64,000 bases of DNA from positions 21,837,168 through 21,901,167 of the forward strand of contig OZ316891.1 in NCBI GenBank assembly GCA_973895155.1. Direction: 5' to 3'. The position numbers and the translations under genes are program-made. Below, in pieces: positions 12,021 to 22,635 of this stretch. The stretch comes from Marsupella aquatica (taxonomy: Eukaryota; Plantae; Marchantiophyta). Position 1 is the stretch's first letter. The number at the start of each line of letters is the position of its first letter. Under the pieces are notes generated by a model. The model had not been told where the DNA came from and searched no databases. It saw nothing but the letters and a program-made list of their open reading frames with translations.

Positions 12021-12470
12021 CTAGAGCATGTGATCCAAACATGTGTAGACACCAAAGTCACCGGTGGTGGGGTCTAGGAGGGCAGGACAAGTGACATCAC
12101 CAGGCACACTGCAGGATGGCGAGTGGTTCCAAATGATACATTGTGCTCTATGCAAAAATCGGCATCCAAGAGAACGGTCATCCAATTCTGGGCCAGAAGC
12201 CCTACAGGCAGGACAGTCATATTGGCAACTGTGTACACACCCTTGGCACCTAATTTGTGGCGGGTCATGTACAAGAGACACAAATACCAAGGATGTCGGG
12301 AAGGGTACTGAAGCAAGTAGAGGCCGGCTGTAGTTGTTCCTGGAAACAACAGGGTACTCAAAGTACCATGCAGACTGGGCTGGAAGGATCCCAAGTCTGA
12401 CATACTCAAGGCGCAACATCTCTGCCTTGCGTGCAAGTCGCACATGTTCAGCGTTGCGGGTCCTCACCAT
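12021..12470 (-). CDS. Cys/His-rich small protein of unknown family, putative CACTA-1 cargo
   Basis: 149-aa ATG-initiated ORF on the same strand as the other cargo; CQGCVHSCQYDCPAC...C...H...C...H...C...C...C..H. No family recognised. Confidence 0.45.
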   Translation of the reverse strand: MVRTRNAEHVRLARKAEMLRLEYVRLGILPAQSAWYFEYPVVSRNNYSRPLLASVPFPTSLVFVSLVHDPPQIRCQGCVHSCQYDCPACRASGPELDDRSLGCRFLHRAQCIIWNHSPSCSVPGDVTCPALLDPTTGDFGVYTCLDHML

Positions 12471-15442
12471 AAGTGTTGCTTTTGTTGTGATGTCCTCTGT
12501 TCACGTCCTTTGATGAGCAAGGTGAGCAGGAGGTCGACTTGCCTCGCCAACAGCAACCACCTAAACTAATCAGTTCCCACTCAACTACAGGTCATAGTAT
12601 ACACATAGCATGAAACGTGCATAGTACATATTTGATTCTGAGTTTATGAGTTTCCTAAGACAAAGAGCTTGGTGATAAACCCATATTCTCGATGGACATG
12701 TATATCAATCGTATTAAAATCCTGTTTTTTCATCCAGAAAGACCGAAAGTCTCACCTTGCAGGTTGCAGCAGAGAGAAAATTCACTGGTTGTCGTGTTGT
12801 GCAAGTGAACCTCCACTGATGCCCCCGGTGTAGCCCCTCAGATGCAGGTGACACTTACCAACTCCCAAGTTGCCTGGTCTAACAGAAAATGCTTATATCT
12901 TCAGAACTTTATAGAGCAAGTACATGATCACATACTTCTGGATCTATTCATATTTGGAACTCTTGCCAACTACAACTCCCATTATGCACAAGCTCACATC
13001 AACAGAGAAAGATACAGAATGCATACTTACTAGGCTCTAAGCACCTTCACTACCTTGTTGAACCCAGTCCTGAAGTCTTTTCAGCGTGTTTGTTGTGCTG
13101 TCTCCTTTGGCACCCAACACCTTAGTCCTTGATGTAACAGAATGCAATTTTACAAGTTAGATGCTTTGGAACCTTCTATGGTCTTAGCTGAATTGATGTC
13201 ATCGTAAGTGGTGAAAGACAAGGAAGACGAAAGCTGGTTGAAGAGCTGTAGACAACACACTAGCATGAAGTGCTTCAACCAATCCACTGCCAAACGGAAC
13301 TCTTACACAGTCACATTCTTTCAGTAAACAGAAACTCAGTCAAACTTTATAATCAAAGTACAGACTCTGAAGGACCAAAGGAGGATGTTGTGAGTTTCTC
13401 TGTTGTTTAATGTGTTACCCTTCTAGTTTCGAAGTTAGCAAATGCTGAATAATGTGTCTACCAGATCTTCGAAAAGAAGCCCACCACAATTAAGAACTTT
13501 GGTATCTGGGTGAGGTATCAGAGTCATACAGGTTATCCCAACATGTAGAAGAAATATCGTGAAACCACATTGAACATCGCTGTAGAGCAGATGTATGATG
13601 AGATGGCTTCTTGTCATAGAGTTCGGTTCCCTTGCATCCAGATCATCAAGACTACGACAGTCCCTGTCTCTCTGTGCAAGCGAGAAAGTACCAAGCAGTT
13701 CCATGATTCAAAGATCAAGTTCCCCTTGACGTACCGCAAGATTCAACCTCCATCGCGAAAGCTAAAGACGACTTACAAGGCCACCAAGCCCAACACATTT
13801 GTTTGAGTTTCTAGGTCAGGATGCTTAATATAAGGAAATTCAATTTTCACTTCGTTCCCAGCTTCTACTAATTGAATATACACGAGATGGAAGCAAGAAG
13901 ATAAGCCACAATCTAGCATCTTAGCCAAACACATTCGTCCCGACAAAGCAAAACTACAATCACACAGTGCGAGTTGTGTCTGCACCGGCACCCCCAGTGA
14001 GACTGATCAGCATTTGGACTGCATCATTGTCTAGAGCTAGCAGTGGAAGGAATCAACATAGCTAGCAGTGGAAGGTGCAGTGGAGATAGCATGGGGACAG
14101 GGAAGGAAATGCAGGTTCCTTAAGCATAAATTTCCAAAAATGGAACAACAGGAAATGAAGAATAGGCACTGAAGCGGTCAACTAGACAAACGTTGTAACA
14201 AGGCAGCAAGCATTGGATTAAGAAGAAGCAAGGTTTCATCAGCAGAAGCAAGGTTTCATCAACAATGGCATTGTGAGACAAACCACTCCTTACAAATTTC
14301 TACAGACATCCTCCCCACTTGCAGCTTCTCGGCCAGGCTGGATTTCTTGTAAGACAGGTTTCTTGTAAGAAAGATTTCTTGTTTGGTGAGGAAAGATCAA
14401 AAAGCAACTGATCAATGCCTTCTTGTCATCTAGAAGAGCTGGATGCAGCCCTGTCTCACATTTAATGTTAAACTGAATGAAAGACATTATGCGCATGCAC
14501 AAAAGAAAGACATGAATATAATTAAGGTAGGTTTTAAGGAGCGGAGTCAGCAGTCAGACTTAGAAAGTTCAAATTGAAGCGCCATTAGTTTGGCGTGGTC
14601 AAGAGTAAATAAATGTTGGTCAGGGATACTCACCTCTTTTGAATGTATTACTGACTCAGCTAAGCCCAGCTAGACAGAAGTCACTCAGACCCACAAAAAA
14701 GTGAAGATCCACCTCCAAGCCGGAGCTCTATCACTTCAGTAGAGCAGCTTCTGGACGGAACCAACTCTAATCAGCCCCACAGAACACAAATGTTAAGGCT
14801 CCAAGTCAGAGCTCACTTCAGCCGAGGTGGACATCGCAGCTAGACCATTCAGTATAGGCAGTATGGAGCCTGAGACTACGCTCATTGTTCAGAATTGAGG
14901 TGATGAAAGTGAGTTGGCATCAGTGGATACAATGAGAGGGGAAAAAATTCTGACCAAATCACACCTCTATAATCAGAGAGGTTCTATTTCCAGGGAACTC
15001 ATTCATTGACCAGAGTAATATGGCCCACATTTAATTAGACTATGATAGACTCTTCCTCTGCAGACTCAAACTCGAGGAACCCCCACGGATGCCAGCATAT
15101 ACACGAGCTAGAAGCAAGAACACAAGTCGCAATCTAGCATCTTGGCCAAACACATTCTTCCTGGCGATAGTAACTGCAAGCAAGGGGGAGACAGGGAGAA
15201 CAAGGAGAATAGGGAGGCAACTCACAATGGAGCTAGGTAGCTCATGATCAAGCAACTTGCAATTGCAGCAACAGTAGTCTTAGTAGCAAGCGATTGAGCT
15301 CCAGGAAATGACAAACCCGCAGCTGAGTCCTCAACTGACAAAATGTTCGCCACTCGACCCTCCTTCCAACTGCAACCGCCAGATAGTAGGAATAAGATAG
15401 AGAGGTTGCAGCCTTCTCAGTGATCCAATAGCACCTCTCTTA

Positions 15443-15705
15443 CCACCTCCGCTCTTAGCACATCCGCTCGCACCTCCGCTCTCAGCACCTCCTTTGGCAC
15501 CTGAGCCGCTCTCAGCACCTCCGCTCGCACCTCCGCTCTCAGCACCTCCTTTGGCACCTGAGCCGCTCTCAGCACCTCCGCTCGCACCTCCGCTTGCACC
15601 ACCTCCTTTGGCACCTGAGCCGCTCTCAGCACCTCCGCTCGCACCTCCGCTCGCACCACCTCCTTTGGCACCTGAGCCGCTCTCAGCACCTCTGCTCGCA
15701 CCGCC
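15443..15705. repeat. GC-rich minisatellite of 12/18-bp modules (GCACCTCCGCTC / GCACCTGAGCCGCTCTCA)
   Basis: Directly visible tandem units; it generates low-complexity ORFs in several frames. Confidence 0.9.
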
Positions 15706-17748
15706 GCCCAAACTGAAGCTACGTAGCAATCCTCAGCAGTGTGTGACAGAAGCACTCCACTCCAGCTCCACTCCGCTCGAGCTCCACTCCAGCTGCTCTC
15801 CGCTCGTAGCTCCTCGGCCAGACCGGCGGCCAGAGCAGCTCCCAAATTGCAGCTCCTGCCCGCCCACAGCTCCTCCCAGTCCTAGAGCTCGTCGTCCACT
15901 GCAGCTCACCTCTCCACTCCGCAAGCCGGTCGCCCTCTCAGCTTGAATGCTCTAGAGCTTTGAAGGTAAACCTTCAAGCTCCAAGCACAAAACTCCCCTA
16001 CGCGAAGGAACTGCCCCGATCACGAAGCACACTCCCCACTTTGTGAGACCACGCACAATGTGACAACCTTCAGGCACGACGAATGTCCCCGTAATGGACA
16101 AGTGAGTTTTTCTGAAACAAAACCCTCCGAGTTCCCACGCACATTGAACTGAACTTTGCATTCTGCTGGCGTGTTTAAACCCTAAACAAAACCCGCGCAC
16201 CCTAAACTCGTGTCCAAAGGCACACTCCCGCACAAAGCATACCTTAACACTTAGTGACACTTAGTGAACCAAACCCAATGAGCCTCGACCACTTTGCGTT
16301 GACATGAGCCGTTGATACACATGTTAGTACCCTAAAGCAAATTGGACACGACACTTTGTGAGCAAAGATTAAATGAACGCAACTGTAACCTCTTAGAACG
16401 CAACTGTAAATTAACCCTTACACATGCCACTTAGGGAGGGTGGACAAAGAATGGGGGCCAGACACTACTTTAGCCCTGAATTGAAAATGATATCACCCCA
16501 ATATTCTTGTCAAAGTTGCCCATGAACTCTAAGGAATCCATTGAGCAGCATAAGACTTACTATTATAGAGGCAAGTACTCCCATGCACGTTTAATTAGGC
16601 TAGCTAGGATAACTAGCTACAATGCTCTTGACATGAAGACATTTAACTAGTTCTGCAACCCTAAACCCCCATTCCTTCTATGTGCACCTAGTGCTCCCGA
16701 CTCCGCAAGTTGCAAGTCAAGGGTTGTAAATGGAACATTCCGTGATGTCTAGAGTGCATGTAATCCTTCTTGCACTCTATTTCAGAATGCCGTAATGGAG
16801 AGTAGCTTATTCAACTTACATATGACTGCCCTACTAGTGTTACAATTGCTACTTTATCAGAAGTTGTAGGAATGACTTTCACAAATATCCCCCAAAAATC
16901 AGTTGATAAAATGTAACAACAATGACTCCCCTAAACTTGGAGTCATGTATTTTTGAAAGTCTCCCTAAAGTCACAAAGCATAGGGTCTCAAAAGGGGACG
17001 TTTTCTTCTAGTGGAGATATTAGGATCATATGTCGTAAGAAAACTAATTTTCGTGATGTGTTGGTCCGCAAATATGGTGAAGTATGGTTTAACAGTATTT
17101 TAGTTTCACCTGAACCTTTCTTAATACCCACTACCCTTGTTACTAGAATTATCATTTTGATTTTAGTGTAGAACTTATGAGCATGCAAAGTTAACTTCAT
17201 AAGAGCGAACATGCTCCGTGGATGAAAGCACAACATCATAACCCTTTTTTCCATACCTACGGACTATTGCCTCCTTGGCAGCTACCTTGGGTCGAGTTAC
17301 AAAACGAATATCTCCCAACGAGAAAGAAACGGGAGGCTCATCGGAGGGAAGTTTGTTGAGATCCATCTCAATACAAGATAAAAATTGTGCAAGCCCAATC
17401 CTGCCTGTAAACTACATAAGGGTATACAATTGGCTCTATTGAATTTAATACCGCAGTTGCAAATGTTTCTCCAAAGTGAAAAGTCATATGCTGGCGCATT
17501 ATCTCTTTTTGGAGTACATGAATTTTAATAAGGAAAGGATTAGGGAGAGGAAGAATAGGTACTGGTCTGGGCATTATCGTACTATCAAATATTCCATCCA
17601 ACTAATTTTCATTCTAATGACAAGAGATAGAATCATTCAACAAAAAGATCATCCATTTCAAACAAATATCATGCATTGAGTTAACTCTAAGTATATACAT
17701 GCAGATGTTTATCTTAATAGGTTGATCTTCTTTTGAATGAAAATACTA

Positions 17749-18011
17749 TCTGAAGGTCCAACTCATACAAAATACCTCTGGCCGAGCCGAAGCTCTAAGC
17801 AAGAGTGCATGAGTGGGTCTACTTCATAAGGATTTCACCCAAAAGGGAGCATATGATGTCAAGGCATTGTTGAGCACTTTCCAACTCTTTAGAACTTAAT
17901 AACCATCTCCTATCAAATGACAACACTTTCTGAAGGTCCGACTCATACAAAATATCCCTGGCCGAGCCGAAGCTCTAAGCAAGAGTGCATGAGTGGGTCT
18001 ACTTCATAAGG
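17749..18011. repeat. 83-bp direct repeat with 180-bp period
   Basis: TCTGAAGGTCC...CTACTTCATAAGG at 17749-17831 and 17929-18011, nearly identical. Confidence 0.9.
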
Positions 18012-18231
18012 GTTATATTCATAGAAGAGATCATCAAATCCAATGGATTTTTAAGACTTCACAACTTAGTTGATGAAAAATGGGGAGTGAGGGGAGAGAG
18101 CCCATCTCCTCTTTATTTATAATGCTCACACCTCAAGCACACGGATCAAGCATGGCACACGGATGGAAGCCATGTGTCACACATCCAAGGCAAGTAAGTG
18201 TGCTAGTACTATAGTTACGTGAGTGGAGCAA

Positions 18232-18520
18232 CTGTAGACAGTACACTATAGTATGCACACTGTAGATCGTACACTATAGCATGCATACTGTAGATCGTAC
18301 ACTGTAACATGCACATTGTAGATTGTACACTGTAGCATGCACACTGTAGATCGTACACTGTAGCATGTACACTGTAGCATGCACACTGTAGATCGTACAC
18401 TGTAGGTCTTGCACTGTAGCATGCACACTGTAGATCGAACAATATAGTATGCATACTGTAGACCGTGTACTGTAGCATGCACACTGTAGGTTGTGCACTG
18501 TAGCATGCACACTATAGACT
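18232..18520. repeat. 14-bp-unit minisatellite (CACTGTAGCATGCA / CACTGTAGATCGTA)
   Basis: About 20 contiguous 14-bp units of two mostly alternating types. Confidence 0.93.
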
Positions 18521-18666
18521 GCATATGCGAGAATTTAAACTACTATCCTATACTACTAAGCTATACTTAGGAGGAACTTACTAAACAAAGAATCCCCACG
18601 ACAACGGCCATGCATGCTGATCGCTATACATGTGAACTCGATGTAAGTGCTCTAGCTACAACTTGT

Positions 18667-20756
18667 CTACATCGAACTAGAAAGGAGTGTTCCTGCCCCT
18701 CCTTGCCTTCTTCCCCTTGGCCTTCTCCTTGCCCTTGTGTGCTCTTGGGGGGGTGCAACCTGGACTTCCTCCTCCTCTTGGTCACCCTCATCCTCATCCT
18801 CATCCCCACCTCCACCGCCCTGGCTTGCCGCGCTACCACCCCCAGCACCACTGGAACGTGCTGATGCAAATGACTGGTCTCCAGTGCTAGTTGGCTTGGC
18901 TTGAGTAGCAGGAGCTGTGCTCCCCTCCCCTGTCCCCTCCACATCCTCATCACTACTATCGGTGCCACCCTCGGTATGGGAGTCACCATCCTCCCCTCCC
19001 TGCTTCCATTAGCAAACCAGGGTGTCTGTTAGTCTCATATTCTTTACAAGTGTGAACAAATGAGATATTCATTCAAAATTGCAATGAATGTAATAACCTA
19101 AAAATTCTCACCAATAATTCATCAACTTGCTGAAAGAGATGCTCCTTCCCATGTTTCTGGCCCACCTCCATCTCAGCCGCCGTAATCTTCCTCTTGTACC
19201 TCTTGTACTAAGCCAAAACAAAACCAGCACAATTGGGTTAACACCAACCCATAACCCGATTCACATGGCTTCTAAAAATTAGGGGGTTTGTTGGGGCTGG
19301 TGGGGTGGTGCATCAAGGTTTTGGGGTTATGGAGGGTGGCATATATGGGGAAGACCCTCAAAGAACACTTAAACGATCGGAAAATTTAAAAATTCAAATT
19401 TTTGAAATTTTGCGAAGGCGCCAGCTTCGCAATCATAAGGACAATTACGTTTGCGAAGCTGGTTGCGATGCGAACGTCTTCGCAATGCCTTCGCAAACGT
19501 AAGCAAAAAAAGGGCATAATAAGGTTTGCGAAGGATTTGCGAAGCTACCCGCATCGCAAATGTATCGCAAACTCTGTCATGGCAAAAACCCGAGAGGGAA
19601 GCAACTGTACGTGACCTAATCTGACACAACAAGTCTAATTGTAACTACTTGGTGGAAATGCAAGAAAGAGTTGGCTCATTGCAGGTGTGTTGGAATAGGA
19701 ATTGGAGTAGCAAGAAGTCAAGGGAGGAGAGGGAGGTGCACTCACGAATGCTGCTTTGAGGCCGGGGAGGCCACCTTGACCCAGCCTGTGGGTGATGTTG
19801 GGCTTGTCTCGGACTCGCTTAGCTGCCTTCAGGAACTTGTTGGGTGGATCGCCTACTTCTGCTACAACCTGCTGGAGCTGGGCTACCTTCTGCTCCATCA
19901 CCTTCAGGTCCCGGTCAGACTTCCCGGCCTACTTTGCCCTTCGAGCCTTTGCCAGCTTCTCTGTGAAATCATTGAGGAGCCTGGCTGCTTTCAACTTCAC
20001 CTCTGTCTGGTAGAAGGCCTGCCAGATATCTTCTGAGAATTGCAGCGGCCTCTGCAAATTCTTATACTCCTCCAAATCTCTAAGGTGAGACCTGATCTTC
20101 ATTCTATCATGGTATCTAGCTTGTGACATGGAGTTTGAAATTTTGTTAGCAAGCCACTGTGAATCCATCTCTCCTCCATTTCGAAATGCATCTTTCACCT
20201 GATTGATGACTCACTTCTGCTCTGCCTTTGAGCGAGTGCCCCACTCGACTCCTCTTGCAAAATTTGTGGATACAATGTGCCTGATTGTGCTCTTGGCCCC
20301 ATTGTAAGCAAGCTCGGTGGGAATCCCCTCATCCTCTAAAGTAATCAGAGGCAGCTTCCTCCTTGCTGCCTCCTTCTTTCTTTGCTCCTCCCTCTGTTTC
20401 CTGATCAGGTCTCTCTCATCTTTCCTCCTCTTCTTTTCCAATGCTTGAGGCGAGAGCACTCCAGCTTGAGCTCTCTCGTCCCTCTTTCGCTTCCTCTCAG
20501 CAGCCGTCTGCTCTGCTGCCTTCCTTGCATCCTCCTCCACTGCTGCTTGCCCTGCAGTGAGACCTGCTTGCAAGGCTTGGCCCAGAAGGGCACTCAATGA
20601 TGCCAGCCCTGTTGGACTGGTGAAATCAATTTGACTCAACTGTGCAACCAAAAAATGCTCATCCACAATCGCCTTCAATCGATTCCCCCCCCCTCGGTTG
20701 CCTCCGCTGCTGCCAGAAGCTCCTCCATCACCACCAGTCCCCTCTTCGCTCGCCAT
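18667..20756 (-). pseudogene. TnpA-like gene of CACTA-2 with two in-frame stops, about 3 exons
   Basis: ORFs 20211..20912, 19929..20198 and 19635..19901 share one frame separated by single stops. Motifs RPLQFSEDIWQAF and ITHRLGQGG resemble Ptta/En/Spm proteins. Donor GTGAGT near 19745, short exon near 19100-19210, acidic final exon. Confidence 0.6.
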
Positions 20757-21469
20757 CGCTCCGCCCTTGCCCTCGTTGCTCTCCTCAGGCCTGAATGAAC
20801 TGAATCCGCCTTGTCCGCGCTCGGCAATCCATAAGGATTCAAAATATTGGGCTTTGCGATTCGTTTCGCATCGCAGTTTGCGATGCATCGGCCTTCGCAA
20901 AAAGCTTCGCAAATTCTATCTTTGCGAAGCTTCAAGATTCGCAAAAGCCTTTGCTATTTGGTTTTGCCATAACCCCCGTCTCGCATGCGTATTTGATGTG
21001 TTGTTAGGGATACTAAGGGGGCTTATGAACATTAAATGGGGTAGATGTAGAGGATTATGTTGCATTTTAGTGGGATGTGATGAGATAAGGATTGGGGGGG
21101 TTAGAAAATTGAAGGAGTTATATTGCAGGGTAAGAGGAGGGGGTTTGGCCTGGTTAGGGGAGGGTTTCTTTTGTGAAGGTTGGGCTTAGATTGGCTTAGA
21201 TACGAGGGGTTTTATGTTTTGGGTTTGCAGGGGGGTTTTATTTATGAAGGTTGGGGTTATATGTATTGGAGGGTAAGAGCTAGGAGGGGTTTTATGTTTT
21301 GGGTTTTGGGGTTTAGGCCAACTTAGGAGGGTTTGAAAGAGAGGTTTCAGTTTTATAGTATCTTGGGTTACTTTTATGGTATCTTAGGAGGGTAACCAAG
21401 AGGGGTGGCATATAATTATGGTAGAGAGAAGCATAGGATGGTTGAAGGGAATTGACCATTTAGGTTTTT

Positions 21470-22530
21470 GCTAACTTCATTGGCTTACGCTTTTAGAGTT
21501 CCCAAGGGTCTATGGTGGGTTTTTATTGCATGACACTCACCTTTCACTTGAAGCGGGATGAGGTTTTGGTTTTTATGCTAACAATTGAGGGAAATCCCAT
21601 GTAATCATGATCCAGTGCAGGATCATCACTGCTTCCTCAACTTTTGTCTAATGCATATGCATTGTGGGAACCCGGACATCTAAAAGGTATATTTAAACAT
21701 GTATGTTAGCAGGGTTTGATAAAGAGATTGTTCATAAACCTTGCCCTTCTTTGTTGTGCAAGAATATCTATATGCACATGTTTGGGGGTCTACAACTTGA
21801 GAGAAGCTAATGGCTATCCAAACTTACTTTTTTGTTTCCAGTATTTTCCTTGTGCTTCTAGATTCAGCTCATGTTCAATGAGCCACACGACCTACAGGCA
21901 CTATTGAGTCCGGATCTCATTCAGGTAATTATTGTCCAACTTCATTCTGGGCTTAGGCCTTTAGAGTTTTCCCAGGGGTCTAGGGTGGGTTTTTATTGCA
22001 TGACACTCACCTTTCACTCGAGGGGGGATAAGGGTTTAGGGTTTAGGGTTTTATGCTAACAATTGAGGGGAAAACCCATGTAATCATGATACAACGCAGG
22101 GCCAACACTACTACCTCAACTTTTGTCTAATGCATATGCATTGTGGGAACCCGGGCATCTAAAAGGTATAACATCATGTATACAGTCAATGTTGTTAGTA
22201 CAGATTTTTATGCTTGCCCTTCTTTGTTGTGCCATGATATATGTGGGTAAATGTCTAAGATTCCACAACTTGACGGCTGCTAATTACCATCCAAACTTAC
22301 ATTTTGTTTCCAGTATTTTCCTCCTACTTCTAGATTTGGCAAATGTTCCAAAAGCCACGTGACCTATAGGCACTGTTGAGCCCGGGTCATTCAGGTAATA
22401 ATCTAACCTCACTTAGGACATAGGGTATTACAATTTTCCCAAAGGTTATAATGTGGTTTCTTCTTGCATGACACTCACCTTAATTTGGGTTTCATGCTAA
22501 CAAATATAAAAGGGTAATAAAACCCCATGT
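21470..22530. repeat. Diverged tandem repeat, about 470-bp period (about 2.3 copies), upstream of CACTA-2 TnpD
   Basis: TTGCATGACACTCACCT recurs near 21526, 21996 and 22464; GTGGGAACCCGG.CATCTAAAAGGTATA recurs near 21664 and 22143. Confidence 0.85.
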
Positions 22531-22635
22531 ATAAACCAACCTAATTGTTTTTTGAGTTCATTTTTTTTAAATTGCTTTATATATGGCCTAATTTTTCCTA
22601 TCATGCCCTACATGCAATGTAATGTGGCAGTGGAT

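Larger units (their letters stand above)
221..17013 (-). mobile_element. CACTA-1: CACTA/En-Spm DNA transposon, about 16.8 kb, possibly autonomous
   Basis: Left end CACTAGAAGAATCCG at 221; right end CGTTTTCTTCTAGTG ending 17013 (reverse complement CACTAGAAGAAAACG, 13/15 identical). GTGACT/AGTCA-rich subterminal zones lie at both ends, and TnpD plus TnpA-like genes lie inside. Caveat: the flanking trinucleotides (ACA vs GAG) do not form a TSD. Confidence 0.8.

Noticed and set aside
12440-12470. MVRTRN start as a second H3 mimic
   Set aside because: The K4 and K9 positions are not lysine; too weak.
15331-15946. Gly/Ala-rich or Pro-rich (extensin-like) proteins
   Set aside because: The minisatellite is open in several frames on both strands; no support for any one frame.
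16831-16839. CTACTAGTG as a CACTA end (also near 40329-40337)
   Set aside because: Short match only; 17013 matches the 221 TIR better and subterminal motifs continue past 16839.
18215-18524. Cys/Tyr-rich ORFs and a CRISPR-like look
   Set aside because: Contiguous 14-bp minisatellite with no unique spacers; ORFs in several frames are by-products.
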